From assembly GCA_049644265.1 (NCBI GenBank), contig JBARRO010000139.1, forward strand, positions 5,462-69,461: 64,000 nucleotides of DNA, written 5' to 3'. The translations under genes and the position numbers were made by a program. This DNA comes from Bacteroidota bacterium. Its GTDB lineage: Bacteria > Bacteroidota > Ignavibacteria > UBA10030. Below the pieces are notes generated by a model. The model was not told where the DNA came from. It saw only the letters and a list, made by a program, of their open reading frames with translations, and ran no database searches. Shown here one piece after another: positions 1 through 9,356 of the stretch (positions are counted from its first letter, which is position 1; the number at the start of each line of letters is the position of its first letter).

Positions 1-1599
1 GACTTCTGACGGCTTGGTGTTCACCTTTCCAACGAGAACCTGGCCAGTCGTTCCATCGATCGAGATCCAGTCCCCTTCCTTTACCATCTTTCCGTTGGCT
101 CCCATGGTTCTCTTGGTGTAATCAATCTCGAGCTCGCCACATCCTGCCACGCAAACTTTTCCCATCTGGCGCGCAACGAGAGCCGCGTGGGAGGTCATGC
201 CGCCGCGGGCGGTAAGAATTCCTTCAGCTGCATCCATCCCTTTGATGTCCTCCGGAGAAGTCTCGATGCGGGTCAGGATGACCTTTTCTCCGCGCTTCGC
301 CCATTCCTCGGCGTCATGCGCGTTGAACACAACCCTGCCTGTTGCAGCGCCGGGGCCTGCATTGAGCCCCTTTGCCAGGAGTCGCCCTCCCTTGATCGCC
401 GACTCTTTTTCCTTGAGGTCGAAGATCGGCCGCAGCAGCTGGTTGAGTTGATCAGGCTCGATACGGAGAAGAGCCTCGCGGTCCGAGATGAGCTTTTCCT
501 CAACCATATCGACGGCAATCTTGATCGCGGCGAAGGCTGTCCGCTTTCCCGCGCGACATTGAAGCATGAACAGCTTCCCTTGCTGGATCGTGAACTCGAT
601 ATCCATCATGTCGCGGTAGTGCTTTTCCAGGGTCTGGCGGTTCTTCTCGAGTTGTTTGTAGATGGGGGGATTGTCCTTCGCCAATCTCGACATGGGAAGC
701 GGAGTACGAATCCCGGCCACGACGTCTTCACCCTGGGCATTCATGAGGTATTCACCGTAGAACACGTTCTCGCCGGTGGCGGCATCGCGCGTAAAGGCGA
801 CTCCGGTTCCGGAATCTTCTCCCATATTGCCAAACACCATTGTCTGGACGTTCACTGCCGTTCCCCACGACTCGGGGATGTCATAGAGTTTCCGATAGGC
901 AATTGCCCGGTCGTTCATCCATGAACCAAACACGGCTCCGATTGCTCCCCAGAGCTGGTCGTACGAATTTTCCGGGAAATCGCTCCCCGCTTTCTCCTTG
1001 ATGGCTTTTTTAAAGAGAACAACCAGGTTCTTCAGGTCTGCCGCCGTGAGATCGGTGTCGAGCTTCACGCCGCGCTCTTTTTTCATATGCTCGATAATCT
1101 CTTCGAACGGATCGATCGCATCTTTTCCGACGGGCTTGAGGCCGAGGACGACGTCCCCATACATTTGAACGAACCGTCGGTAGGAGTCGTATGCAAAGCG
1201 CTCATTTTTCGTCTTTGCGATGATCCCGGCGACCGTCTTGTCGTTCAAGCCCAGGTTGAGAATCGTATCCATCATCCCCGGCATTGAGGCGCGTGCACCG
1301 GACCGAACAGAAACGAGCAACGGGTTGGCGGGATCGCCGAATTTCATCCCCATCGCCTTTTCAACTTTCACGAGTGCAGCCGCGACTTCTTTTTCCAGGG
1401 ACTTCGGGTATTTCTGCTTGTTCGCATAGTACGCGGTGCACACTTCGGTGGTAATGGTAAATCCCGGAGGGACCGGCAAGCCGATGTTGGTCATCTCGGC
1501 GAGGTTTGCACCTTTTCCGCCGAGGAGGTTCTTCATTTCTGCTTTCCCTTCGGCCTTGCCGCTGCCGAAGAAGTAGACATATTTCGCTGATTTCGCCAT
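1..1599 (-). CDS. ppdK: Pyruvate, phosphate dikinase, N-terminal about 530 codons (gene continues past window start)
   Basis: Minus-strand frame open to the window edge. Reverse complement of 1501-1599 translates [33 protein letters not shown], the canonical PPDK N-terminus. ATG at 1599. Absent from the ORF track because the stop lies outside the window. The plus-strand ORFs at 187-924 and 197-451 are shadows of this gene. Confidence 0.9.
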   Translation of the reverse strand, partial: MAKSAKYVYFFGSGKAEGKAEMKNLLGGKGANLAEMTNIGLPVPPGFTITTEVCTAYYANKQKYPKSLEKEVAAALVKVEKAMGMKFGDPANPLLVSVRSGARASMPGMMDTILNLGLNDKTVAGIIAKTKNERFAYDSYRRFVQMYGDVVLGLKPVGKDAIDPFEEIIEHMKKERGVKLDTDLTAADLKNLVVLFKKAIKEKAGSDFPENSYDQLWGAIGAVFGSWMNDRAIAYRKLYDIPESWGTAVNVQTMVFGNMGEDSGTGVAFTRDAATGENVFYGEYLMNAQGEDVVAGIRTPLPMSRLAKDNPPIYKQLEKNRQTLEKHYRDMMDIEFTIQQGKLFMLQCRAGKRTAFAAIKIAVDMVEEKLISDREALLRIEPDQLNQLLRPIFDLKEKESAIKGGRLLAKGLNAGPGAATGRVVFNAHDAEEWAKRGEKVILTRIETSPEDIKGMDAAEGILTARGGMTSHAALVARQMGKVCVAGCGELEIDYTKRTMGANGKMVKEGDWISIDGTTGQVLVGKVNTKPSEV

Positions 1600-1622
1600 G
1601 GTACACTGCTTCCTTTCCGAGT

Positions 1623-2324
1623 TCAGGTTACTTTGCTTTTGACCGATTGATGAACTTCCCGCAAGAACATCGTTGCGAGGTTTGTTGAAACACTCTCTTT
1701 CGGCGCCCGTTCGGGGTGCCACTGGACGAGCATAAGGAACGGCATCCCTTCTTTTATCGCCCACTCCGCTGCCTCAATCACACCGTCCCCTGATTGAGCA
1801 GACGGAACCAGGCCCCTTCCGAGCTTCTCCACCGCCTGGTGATGGTAGGAATTCACTTGTTCGACAATTCCCGTTGTCATGATGCGAAGCAATGAATGGG
1901 GAGCAACGGTGACAGCGTGACGCGTTTCGTTTCCCTTTGGGCTTGAATGATTCTCGAAACCTTCCGACGCCAGATCGACGTGGAGGGTGCCGCCCAGATA
2001 CACGTTCATGACCTGCATCCCGCGGCAGATTCCCAGGATTGGCAGGTCTGCGTTCAAAGCTTTCTCGATGAGAGCAAATTCAAATTCATCGCGCCGCTCA
2101 TCCACCCCTTGAGTCTTCGGCAGCAATTCCTGTCTGCCATAGTTCACGGGGTGCACGTCTCCGCCTCCTGTCAGGACAAGTCCGTCAAGAGCAGAAACGG
2201 ATTCAGCGGATGGGGCATCCTGGGACAACTTGTCGATCTTGATCCCAGGATCCACAGAGTGGATCCACTCGACATATTGCCGGAATTTGTCTTCGTTACG
2301 CGTATCGGTGATCCCAATCTTCAT
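1623..2324 (-). CDS. Class-I glutamine amidotransferase-like protein, peptidase C26 / gamma-glutamyl hydrolase family
   Basis: ORF 1623-2333; ATG giving MKIGITDT at 2324. Motifs GICRGMQ (catalytic Cys) and HPE near the C-terminus are typical of the C26 family. Directly downstream of lpxK. Confidence 0.75.
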   Translation of the reverse strand: MKIGITDTRNEDKFRQYVEWIHSVDPGIKIDKLSQDAPSAESVSALDGLVLTGGGDVHPVNYGRQELLPKTQGVDERRDEFEFALIEKALNADLPILGICRGMQVMNVYLGGTLHVDLASEGFENHSSPKGNETRHAVTVAPHSLLRIMTTGIVEQVNSYHHQAVEKLGRGLVPSAQSGDGVIEAAEWAIKEGMPFLMLVQWHPERAPKESVSTNLATMFLREVHQSVKSKVT

Positions 2325-2333
2325 AGAATGCAA

Positions 2334-3377
2334 CTACCTCTTGTTCAAAACCCTTGATAACGCACTCGTCAGAACTTCATCGCCTGCAATGAATGCTTGT
2401 TGTATCTCCACATAGAAAATCGGAAATTTCTCGAGAAACGATTCCCCCGAACTTCCGCGCAACCGGCTCACATCTTTTTCCGTTGTCACGAACGCCTTCG
2501 TGTCCGCTCGTCCTGTCAGCTCTGCAATATCGTCCTTCGAATACCAATGATGGTCCGGATACGTATAGTGCCTCACGACATCCAGGCCCATCTCTTTGAG
2601 TATCGTATCGAAGGATTGCGGCCGCCCAATCCCGGAAAAGGCGACGACGCGTTGTCCCTTAAGCTTCTCCAATTGCCAAACTTCATTCGAGGATGCCCTT
2701 CGAACGGCCTTGAATCTCGTTTGGACACCAACCATTCGACTGCCGGCCTGGGATGCGAGTTTGGCACTGGCCTTCTCAAAATGGCTCTTGTCGTTGCATT
2801 GTGAAAGAACGACGATGTCTGCTCTCCTTAATGACGAGGGCGGCTCACGTCGGTTCCCTGCCGGCAAGAGAAAATCACCTGCAAGAGCATCGTCCGCGGT
2901 CACGAGGACAATATCGAGATCCCTTCGAAGATACCGATGCTGAAATCCGTCATCGAGGACAATGAGCGAAACCCCGAAATCTGCGACAACATTCCGCGCA
3001 GCGCGCACTCTGTCCTCGTCGACCGCGACCACAACGCCCTGAAGTTTTTCCGCCAACTGAGCCGGTTCATCCCCCGCCGTCCACGCTTCGGCGCAACGCT
3101 GAGCACCATTGCTGACAACCACATACCCTCTGGTTCTTCGCCCGTATCCCCTGCTCAGCACAGCAATTTTTTGTTTTGACGACGCGAGCCTGGACACGAT
3201 CAGCTCCACGAATGGTGTCTTTCCGGTGCCGCCCACGGAGAGGTTACCCACTGAAACGACGGGAACGCCTGCATCGGCAACCCGGAATATCCCGATTTCA
3301 AAGAACCAGTTGCGAAGTGCGACTCCCACTCCGTACAGGAGCGACAGCGGAACGAGAAGAATGCGGAGTCGATTCAC
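2334..3377 (-). CDS. lpxK: Tetraacyldisaccharide 4'-kinase
   Basis: 347 aa. P-loop VGNLSVGGTGKTP and overall LpxK-like sequence. GTG start. Its stop abuts the GATase start. Confidence 0.85.
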   Translation of the reverse strand: MNRLRILLVPLSLLYGVGVALRNWFFEIGIFRVADAGVPVVSVGNLSVGGTGKTPFVELIVSRLASSKQKIAVLSRGYGRRTRGYVVVSNGAQRCAEAWTAGDEPAQLAEKLQGVVVAVDEDRVRAARNVVADFGVSLIVLDDGFQHRYLRRDLDIVLVTADDALAGDFLLPAGNRREPPSSLRRADIVVLSQCNDKSHFEKASAKLASQAGSRMVGVQTRFKAVRRASSNEVWQLEKLKGQRVVAFSGIGRPQSFDTILKEMGLDVVRHYTYPDHHWYSKDDIAELTGRADTKAFVTTEKDVSRLRGSSGESFLEKFPIFYVEIQQAFIAGDEVLTSALSRVLNKR

Positions 3378-3380
3378 TTG

Positions 3381-4502
3381 TCAGGCCAGCTGAACAATCC
3401 GTTCCGCCACGCGCCTTGACGCTCCCACCGTGCCGAGCATTCCTTTCACTTTCGACAACTCTGCTTTCATTTCACTCAACCGCGCTTCATCGGCAAGCAG
3501 CCGGAGCGCTCCGCGAACCAGGGTCCGCGGGGATGCCCGGTGCTGGATGAATTCGGGCACAATGCGTTTGCCGGCAACAATGTTCACGAGGCCGATATTC
3601 TTGATGCTGACGAGCACTCTGCCGATCAGGTACGTCAGCCACGAAGTCTTGTACAAGACGAACATCGGCGTTCCAAAGCACGCCGTTTCCAGCGTCGCGG
3701 TGCCCGACGTAACAAGCGCAAAATCGGCGTTGGCCATGAGCTCGTAGGTCGCCCCTTTGACAAGCCGGATTCCGTCGAGGTTGAAAAGGGTTTTGAAATA
3801 TTGTTCCTCGAGGGTTGGCGCCACTCCGACCGCGACCTCCATATTCCGTCGGATTGCGATGGCCTTCGCTGCGGAAAGCATAGCCGGAAAGATCGTTTCG
3901 ATTTCCTGACGCCTGCTTCCGGGCAAGAGCCCGATGAGTTTCTTTTTCTCGTCGAGGTCGTACCGTTTGAAAAAATTCTTCCGGTCAAGCTGAGACTGAA
4001 GGACTTCCAGAAGCGGATGGCCGACGAATTCGACGTCGATTCCCTCCTTACGATACAGGTCCACCTCAAACGGAAAAATGACGAGCATCTTATCCACCAG
4101 TCCCTTCATCTTTTTGATCCTCGACTTGTGCCACGCCCACACCTGGGGGCTGATGTAGTACACCACGGGCACTCCGTATTTCTTGGCGACAGCCGCAAAC
4201 CTCAGATTGAACCCCGGATAGTCTATCAGAAGAATGACGTCGGGCTTTTTGAACCTGACGATCTGGCCGAGCGTATGTTCCATCGCTTTGATGAACGGCA
4301 AATGCTTGAGCACCTCGACGAACCCCATGAATCCCAGTTCCTTGATGTGATAGATGAGGTCCATTCCTTCGCGCTTCATCTTGTCTCCCCCCACACCGTA
4401 GACGTCGATTTCGGGGGAGATACGTTTGAGCTCACGGACAACACCCGAGCCGTGCAGGTCACCGGACGCCTCGCCCGCGATGATCATGACTCTGCGGACC
4501 AC
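3381..4502 (-). CDS. lpxB: Lipid-A-disaccharide synthase
   Basis: 373 aa. N-terminal IIAGEASGDLHG and GT-B fold features of LpxB. 3-nt gap to lpxK. Confidence 0.9.
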   Translation of the reverse strand: MVRRVMIIAGEASGDLHGSGVVRELKRISPEIDVYGVGGDKMKREGMDLIYHIKELGFMGFVEVLKHLPFIKAMEHTLGQIVRFKKPDVILLIDYPGFNLRFAAVAKKYGVPVVYYISPQVWAWHKSRIKKMKGLVDKMLVIFPFEVDLYRKEGIDVEFVGHPLLEVLQSQLDRKNFFKRYDLDEKKKLIGLLPGSRRQEIETIFPAMLSAAKAIAIRRNMEVAVGVAPTLEEQYFKTLFNLDGIRLVKGATYELMANADFALVTSGTATLETACFGTPMFVLYKTSWLTYLIGRVLVSIKNIGLVNIVAGKRIVPEFIQHRASPRTLVRGALRLLADEARLSEMKAELSKVKGMLGTVGASRRVAERIVQLA

Positions 4503-4504
4503 GG

Positions 4505-5089
4505 TCAGCCCCTATACCAAAGAACGACAAGAATGAGCATCACGAGAAGAATCGCCTGAAGCGTTCTACGTTCGGATTGCCCCGCCTCAGCCCATTTTGG
4601 CGATTGCGAAGCTTGTGCAGGGTGTTCGTAGCGACTCCATCGTGGGAAAAACCTCGGCACATTTTTTTTGAATTCCCTATACGCCGCGCCAAATTCTTTT
4701 TCGAGAAATTCCTCCTCGAGCGAGACGATCATCCCATACTGAAACGAGAAATACACCAGTGCGAGAATTTGAAGCCATGGCACCAACGCGTTCGACATGA
4801 TGCCGATGCCGGTGTAGAGGAGGATATTCCCGATATACAGCGGGTTCCGAACGTACGCAAACGGACCGGCAAGGATCACTTCCGGCGCGCCGACACTTGC
4901 GACGCGGGTCAGGCTTCCTGCGTACGCGACCCCCCAGAATCTGAGAAATTCCCCGGTGACGACAACGGCAAAGCCCACGACCATCGTCAGGGCAGACGGT
5001 TGGGCGAACACCACCATGACCGCAAGGAACGGAATCGGAGTGTAGCTGCGATAGTGAAAAAGACTTTCACGGAATGACACGGGATTCAT
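4505..5089 (-). CDS. Membrane methyltransferase of the isoprenylcysteine carboxyl methyltransferase (ICMT)/PEMT family; candidate lipid-A phosphate methyltransferase (LmtA-like)
   Basis: 194 aa, 4-5 predicted TM helices, family signature GPFAYVRNPLYIGNILLYTG. ATG at 5089 overlaps the HAD gene stop and the gene ends 3 nt before lpxB, so it is operonic with the lipid-A genes. Confidence 0.7.
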   Translation of the reverse strand: MNPVSFRESLFHYRSYTPIPFLAVMVVFAQPSALTMVVGFAVVVTGEFLRFWGVAYAGSLTRVASVGAPEVILAGPFAYVRNPLYIGNILLYTGIGIMSNALVPWLQILALVYFSFQYGMIVSLEEEFLEKEFGAAYREFKKNVPRFFPRWSRYEHPAQASQSPKWAEAGQSERRTLQAILLVMLILVVLWYRG

Positions 5090-5799
5090 CCTTGCATGAA
5101 GACTTCACGCCGCGCCATGACCGCCTCGCGTCGCCGCTTGGGCTTGTGCTGAAGAATTTCGGCTAGTCGTGCGTGGACTTCCCTGAAGTCGTCGAAGGCG
5201 TGATAACTGATGTTTTGTTCCTGGCAGTACTTGATCAGGCTTCTTTTTGCAAACACAATATCGGCAAACCGCACCGGACACCGGTCCGATATCCCGTCAC
5301 CGACGTAGACAACCACATCTTCATCGGCGCTCTGCGTAAGCATGTGGTTTCGTTTGCAGTTGCCGCAATAATCGCATTCTGCATCGGCATACGGGAACGA
5401 AACCTCGAGGCTCGTTCCTCCGGCGGTCGTGACGAATTCCAGATGGTTGGCGTACCAGGGAAGGCGGCCGAGGCCGTGGCGTGCAAGAATTCTTCCAACA
5501 TAAAAATCCAATCCGTCGCTCAGAATGGCTAAGGGGATTTCCCTCTCGTTACAAAAATCTACAAATCCCTTGAAGTACGGATCAAGCGAAAACTGTTCCA
5601 GGAATGATTCAAACTCCGCGGCTGTTACATTCTTCACAGCAGCGCATTCTCGTGTGAGACACTCTCGTGCGGTGGCTGTGCCGTCGAGATACCCCTTCAC
5701 AATCTCGTTTGCCAGCTCCCCCACATACGTCCGGAAAAACCGATTACCGATATCGATCGGTGAGACTGTTCCGTCAAAGTCGCAGAATACCCGCACCAT
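5086..5799 (-). CDS. HAD-superfamily phosphatase (MtnX / HAD-IB-like)
   Basis: 237 aa. N-terminal DxDGT motif (VFCDFDGTVS) and distal GDGISD motif. Confidence 0.7.
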   Translation of the reverse strand: MVRVFCDFDGTVSPIDIGNRFFRTYVGELANEIVKGYLDGTATARECLTRECAAVKNVTAAEFESFLEQFSLDPYFKGFVDFCNEREIPLAILSDGLDFYVGRILARHGLGRLPWYANHLEFVTTAGGTSLEVSFPYADAECDYCGNCKRNHMLTQSADEDVVVYVGDGISDRCPVRFADIVFAKRSLIKYCQEQNISYHAFDDFREVHARLAEILQHKPKRRREAVMARREVFMQG

Positions 5800-5807
5800 G
5801 CAGCGCT

Positions 5808-8800
5808 CTACGTTTTCTCCACCTGCGTGTCGAATTTCACCGAGACAAGCTTTGAGATCCCCTCTTCTTCCATCGTCACACCGTAGAGGGCATTCGTCGC
5901 TTCCATCGTTCGCTTGTTGTGGGTTACGACGATGAACTGTGTGTTGTCCGAGAACTTGCGAAGAATCCGGGTAAACCGGTCGATGTTGGAATCGTCAAGC
6001 GGCGCATCGACCTCGTCCAGGATACAGAACGGGCTCGGTTTCACCAAATAGATTGCAAAGAGCAAAGCAATGGCGGTCAGGGTTTTCTCACCGCCTGACA
6101 GAAGATCGATCGACGTCGGACGCTTTCCCCGCGGCTTTGCGATGATTTCAATTCGTGCCTCAAGCGGATCGACTCCGTCCTCAAGACGAAGGTCGCATTC
6201 ATCACCCTCATCGAAGAGTCCTTTGAACGTCGCGATGAAATTGTCCCGAATCAGCTCAAACGTGGCGCTGAACTGTTTTTGCGCTGTCGTATTGATCTCG
6301 TCGATGGTTGCCACCAGAGTCTTCTCCGACTCCTGGAGGTCATCCCTCTGGGCCACGACGAAGTCGAGGCGTTCCTTTTCACTTTTGTACTCATCGAACG
6401 CCGCAAAGTTCACCGCGCCGAGGTTTCTGATTTTGTCCTTCAGCACCCGGACTTCCTCCCGAGCGGTATTGAAATCGTACTGATCACCGTCAGGGTATTC
6501 CTTCAGCTGGAGCTCAAGGTCGAGTTCATCTTTCGCCCTTGACTTCAGGTTCTCGGCCTTCATGGTCAATTCCTGGACTTTAATCTCCAGGTCGTGAGCC
6601 GCTTGCAGAGAGCCTTCCTGTTTCAGGCGCTCATCCTTGAGCTTCATCTCGATTTCATGCATCCGGCCACGCTTTGCACCGTAGTCCTTGTCGACTGATT
6701 TCTTGCGTTCCAGGAGCGATTCAAATTCCTGGCGCGAAAGGGACAGGTCCGTTTCCAGGTCACGCGCTTCAAACGCGATACGGTCGATTTCCTCGCGGGA
6801 GGCTGTGACTTCTGCGGACCGCTGGTCGAAGAGGGCCGCAACCGAGTCGAGGTTCGAGCTCGTGTAGTCGATCGACTGCTGGATGCGCTGTTCTTCTGAT
6901 TTCAAAGAGAGCACCCGGACATTCGCCTCATTCGTCACGCGCGCGTATTCATTCCCGAGCGCCTCCATCGTTTCAAGCTCGCTCGTTAACACGCCCACCT
7001 GGCGCTCCGACTCCGCCTTCGTGCGTTCGACCCGCTCAAGGGAAGGAATCAGCGTCCTGAGCTCTGCATTCAGCGTTTCAATCTCGCTGTTCAGCTTGTT
7101 CGTTTCGGTCCGATTGCGGTCGATGTTCTCCAGAGCCCGCTTCTTTTCAAACTCCAGTTGGGCGATGCGGACCTCCACGGAAGTCTTCTGCTGTTCGAGA
7201 GCGCGGGCGTCGTCCGTCAACTTCCTCAGGTTTACGCCTTCGAGCTCTTCAGCCTTCTTCTCCATTTCCTCTTTGAGCTTTTCGTGGCGTTCCTTCAGCC
7301 GGCGGAGTTCTTCCGTGAGCTCCTCGAGCTGGGATTTCTTGCTGATGTGGCCGCCCTCATCCTGGCGAAGGCTACCCCCGCGCACGACACCTTTTCCGGT
7401 GATTACTTCACCTTCGAGGGTCACGCAACGCATGTTCGGGTATACCGCGACCAGCCGGTTTGCTGCAGCGACATCGTTGACAAGCAGCGTCTCATCGAAC
7501 AGGAAATTGAAGAGCGCCTCGTACCGGCCGTCAAATTCGATGAGGCTGCTCATCCATCCCACCACCCCTTCGTCCTGAAGAGCGATCCGGTGGTTCGAAA
7601 TGTGAGGCAGGCGATTCAGGCAGATGAATGTTGCTTTCCCCTTCTGGTTCCGCTTGAGGAAGTCCATCGCCGCATAGGCCCGCTCGACGTTATCGACAAC
7701 CACGTACCCTGCAGCCTCGCCAAGCGCAGTCTCCACGGCAATCCGATAGCGGGGGTCGGTGGTCAGCGCTTCGCCAACGGTTGTCTGAATGTCGGAGTTC
7801 CACTCGTTGCTTGTAATCAGATACCGGGCACCCTCAGAATAGCCGTCAAAGCTTTCGACAAGACCTTTGAGAAAGTCGATGCGCGCTTCCTTGCGCTCGA
7901 TTTCCCCGCGCACTTCCAGCTCCCGGTGATGCAGGGCTTCAACCTCATCCTGAAGCTTGCGCTTGTAGTCTTCCATCTGATGCGTTCGGACTTCGGCTTC
8001 GGCAAACGCGCGCCGGAGTTCCTTGTTCTCGGCCGTGAGCTTTCCAATCAGCTCACTGTTGTTATCGATATCCTGTCCGTAGATCCCATTCTCCTCGGTC
8101 GTGTACCCAATGCGGCCGCGGATATTCTCGATGCGAGCTTTCGACTGGCCTTCCGTGTTCCGAAGCTCCGACATCTGATGCAGCAGAGCAAGCACCTGGT
8201 CCTGGCCCGACTTCAACTCTGTCTTTTTCGCGTTCAGCTGAATTTCGAATTCATCGAGCTCCCGTTTCTTCTTCTTATGATCTTCCTCTGCGGCTCCCAC
8301 CTTCTCCCGAACAGCCTCCAGGCCGCGGAACAGCTCTGTCTGCTTATTTTTCAGTTCCTGCCGCTGTTTCTGGAAATCGATTTTTTCCCGTTCGAAGCGC
8401 TCGATGTTTGCGACAAGCGAACGACGTCGTTCGGCTGTCGTGGCCTGCTTTTGTTCAAACTGATGGATCCTGGATTGATGCTCGGAAAGGTCATTCTGTG
8501 CAGCGGTGAGCTGATCCTCCAGCTCCTGCAATTCCGTCCGAAGGACATCCAGGAGAGCTTCCTCCTGCCGCACTTCCACGTCGATTCTGTTCTTCTCCGT
8601 GACGGCAATGGAAAGCTGTTCGCGCAGGGGGGCGATTTTAGAGACCACGCTCGAGTACTCCCGTTCCATCAGGTCTGTCTCCAGGCCCTGCAGCTGCTTC
8701 ACAAGTTCGTTGTAGCGTTCAGCCCGCTGAGCTTGGCGCTCGAGCGATTTGACGGCTTTTTCCACTTCCCGGACGATGTCATTGACCCTCGTCAGGTCGA

Positions 8801-9356
8801 GGCGAACGCTCTCAAGCCTCCGGTAAGCCTCTTTTCTTCTGTGTTTGTACTTCGTCACACCAGCGGACTCTTCGAATAGACGTCGCCGCTCGTCCGAGCT
8901 GTCGCTCAGAATGCTTTCGACCATCTTCAGCTCGATGACCGAGTATGCATCCGAGCCCATGCCGGTATCCATGAAGAGGTCCCGGATATCCTTGAGCCGG
9001 CAGAGCGTCTTGTTGATGTAGTACTCGCTCTCTCCGGACCGAAACACCCGCCGCGTGATTGTCACTTCCGAATACTCGGTCGGGAGAATTCCCTTTGTGT
9101 TTTCGATCGTGATGGAGACTTCGGCGACATTCAGAGGCTTTCGGGATTTCGTCCCGTTGAAAATGACGTCCTCCATCTTGTCGCTTCTGAGGGTCGTAGG
9201 CCGCTGCTCTCCGAGCGCCCAGCGAAGAGCGTCGACAACATTGGTTTTGCCGCAGCCGTTCGGGCCGACAATGCCCGTCAGACCGCTGTCGAAGTCGAGA
9301 TTAACCTTCTGCGCAAATGACTTGAAGCCAAAGATTTCCAGCTTCGATAGATACAT
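5808..9356 (-). CDS. smc: Chromosome segregation protein SMC
   Basis: 1182 aa. Walker A GPNGCGKTN at the N-terminus, long coiled-coil middle, hinge, and C-terminal LSGGEKTLTAIALLFAI signature plus Walker B ILDEVDAPLD. Confidence 0.95.
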   Translation of the reverse strand: MYLSKLEIFGFKSFAQKVNLDFDSGLTGIVGPNGCGKTNVVDALRWALGEQRPTTLRSDKMEDVIFNGTKSRKPLNVAEVSITIENTKGILPTEYSEVTITRRVFRSGESEYYINKTLCRLKDIRDLFMDTGMGSDAYSVIELKMVESILSDSSDERRRLFEESAGVTKYKHRRKEAYRRLESVRLDLTRVNDIVREVEKAVKSLERQAQRAERYNELVKQLQGLETDLMEREYSSVVSKIAPLREQLSIAVTEKNRIDVEVRQEEALLDVLRTELQELEDQLTAAQNDLSEHQSRIHQFEQKQATTAERRRSLVANIERFEREKIDFQKQRQELKNKQTELFRGLEAVREKVGAAEEDHKKKKRELDEFEIQLNAKKTELKSGQDQVLALLHQMSELRNTEGQSKARIENIRGRIGYTTEENGIYGQDIDNNSELIGKLTAENKELRRAFAEAEVRTHQMEDYKRKLQDEVEALHHRELEVRGEIERKEARIDFLKGLVESFDGYSEGARYLITSNEWNSDIQTTVGEALTTDPRYRIAVETALGEAAGYVVVDNVERAYAAMDFLKRNQKGKATFICLNRLPHISNHRIALQDEGVVGWMSSLIEFDGRYEALFNFLFDETLLVNDVAAANRLVAVYPNMRCVTLEGEVITGKGVVRGGSLRQDEGGHISKKSQLEELTEELRRLKERHEKLKEEMEKKAEELEGVNLRKLTDDARALEQQKTSVEVRIAQLEFEKKRALENIDRNRTETNKLNSEIETLNAELRTLIPSLERVERTKAESERQVGVLTSELETMEALGNEYARVTNEANVRVLSLKSEEQRIQQSIDYTSSNLDSVAALFDQRSAEVTASREEIDRIAFEARDLETDLSLSRQEFESLLERKKSVDKDYGAKRGRMHEIEMKLKDERLKQEGSLQAAHDLEIKVQELTMKAENLKSRAKDELDLELQLKEYPDGDQYDFNTAREEVRVLKDKIRNLGAVNFAAFDEYKSEKERLDFVVAQRDDLQESEKTLVATIDEINTTAQKQFSATFELIRDNFIATFKGLFDEGDECDLRLEDGVDPLEARIEIIAKPRGKRPTSIDLLSGGEKTLTAIALLFAIYLVKPSPFCILDEVDAPLDDSNIDRFTRILRKFSDNTQFIVVTHNKRTMEATNALYGVTMEEEGISKLVSVKFDTQVEKT

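Noticed and set aside
187-924. 245-aa plus-strand ORF (and 197-451, 273-518) at the window start
   Set aside because: Lies antisense to the clearly recognisable ppdK reading frame on the minus strand. Its composition is low-complexity Ala/Gly/Arg-rich, typical of a high-GC shadow ORF.
3540-4559. 339-aa plus-strand ORF
   Set aside because: Antisense to lpxB.
7158-8879. 573-aa plus-strand ORF
   Set aside because: Entirely antisense to smc. Leu/Phe-rich low-complexity translation with no motif. Shadow of the coiled-coil coding region.
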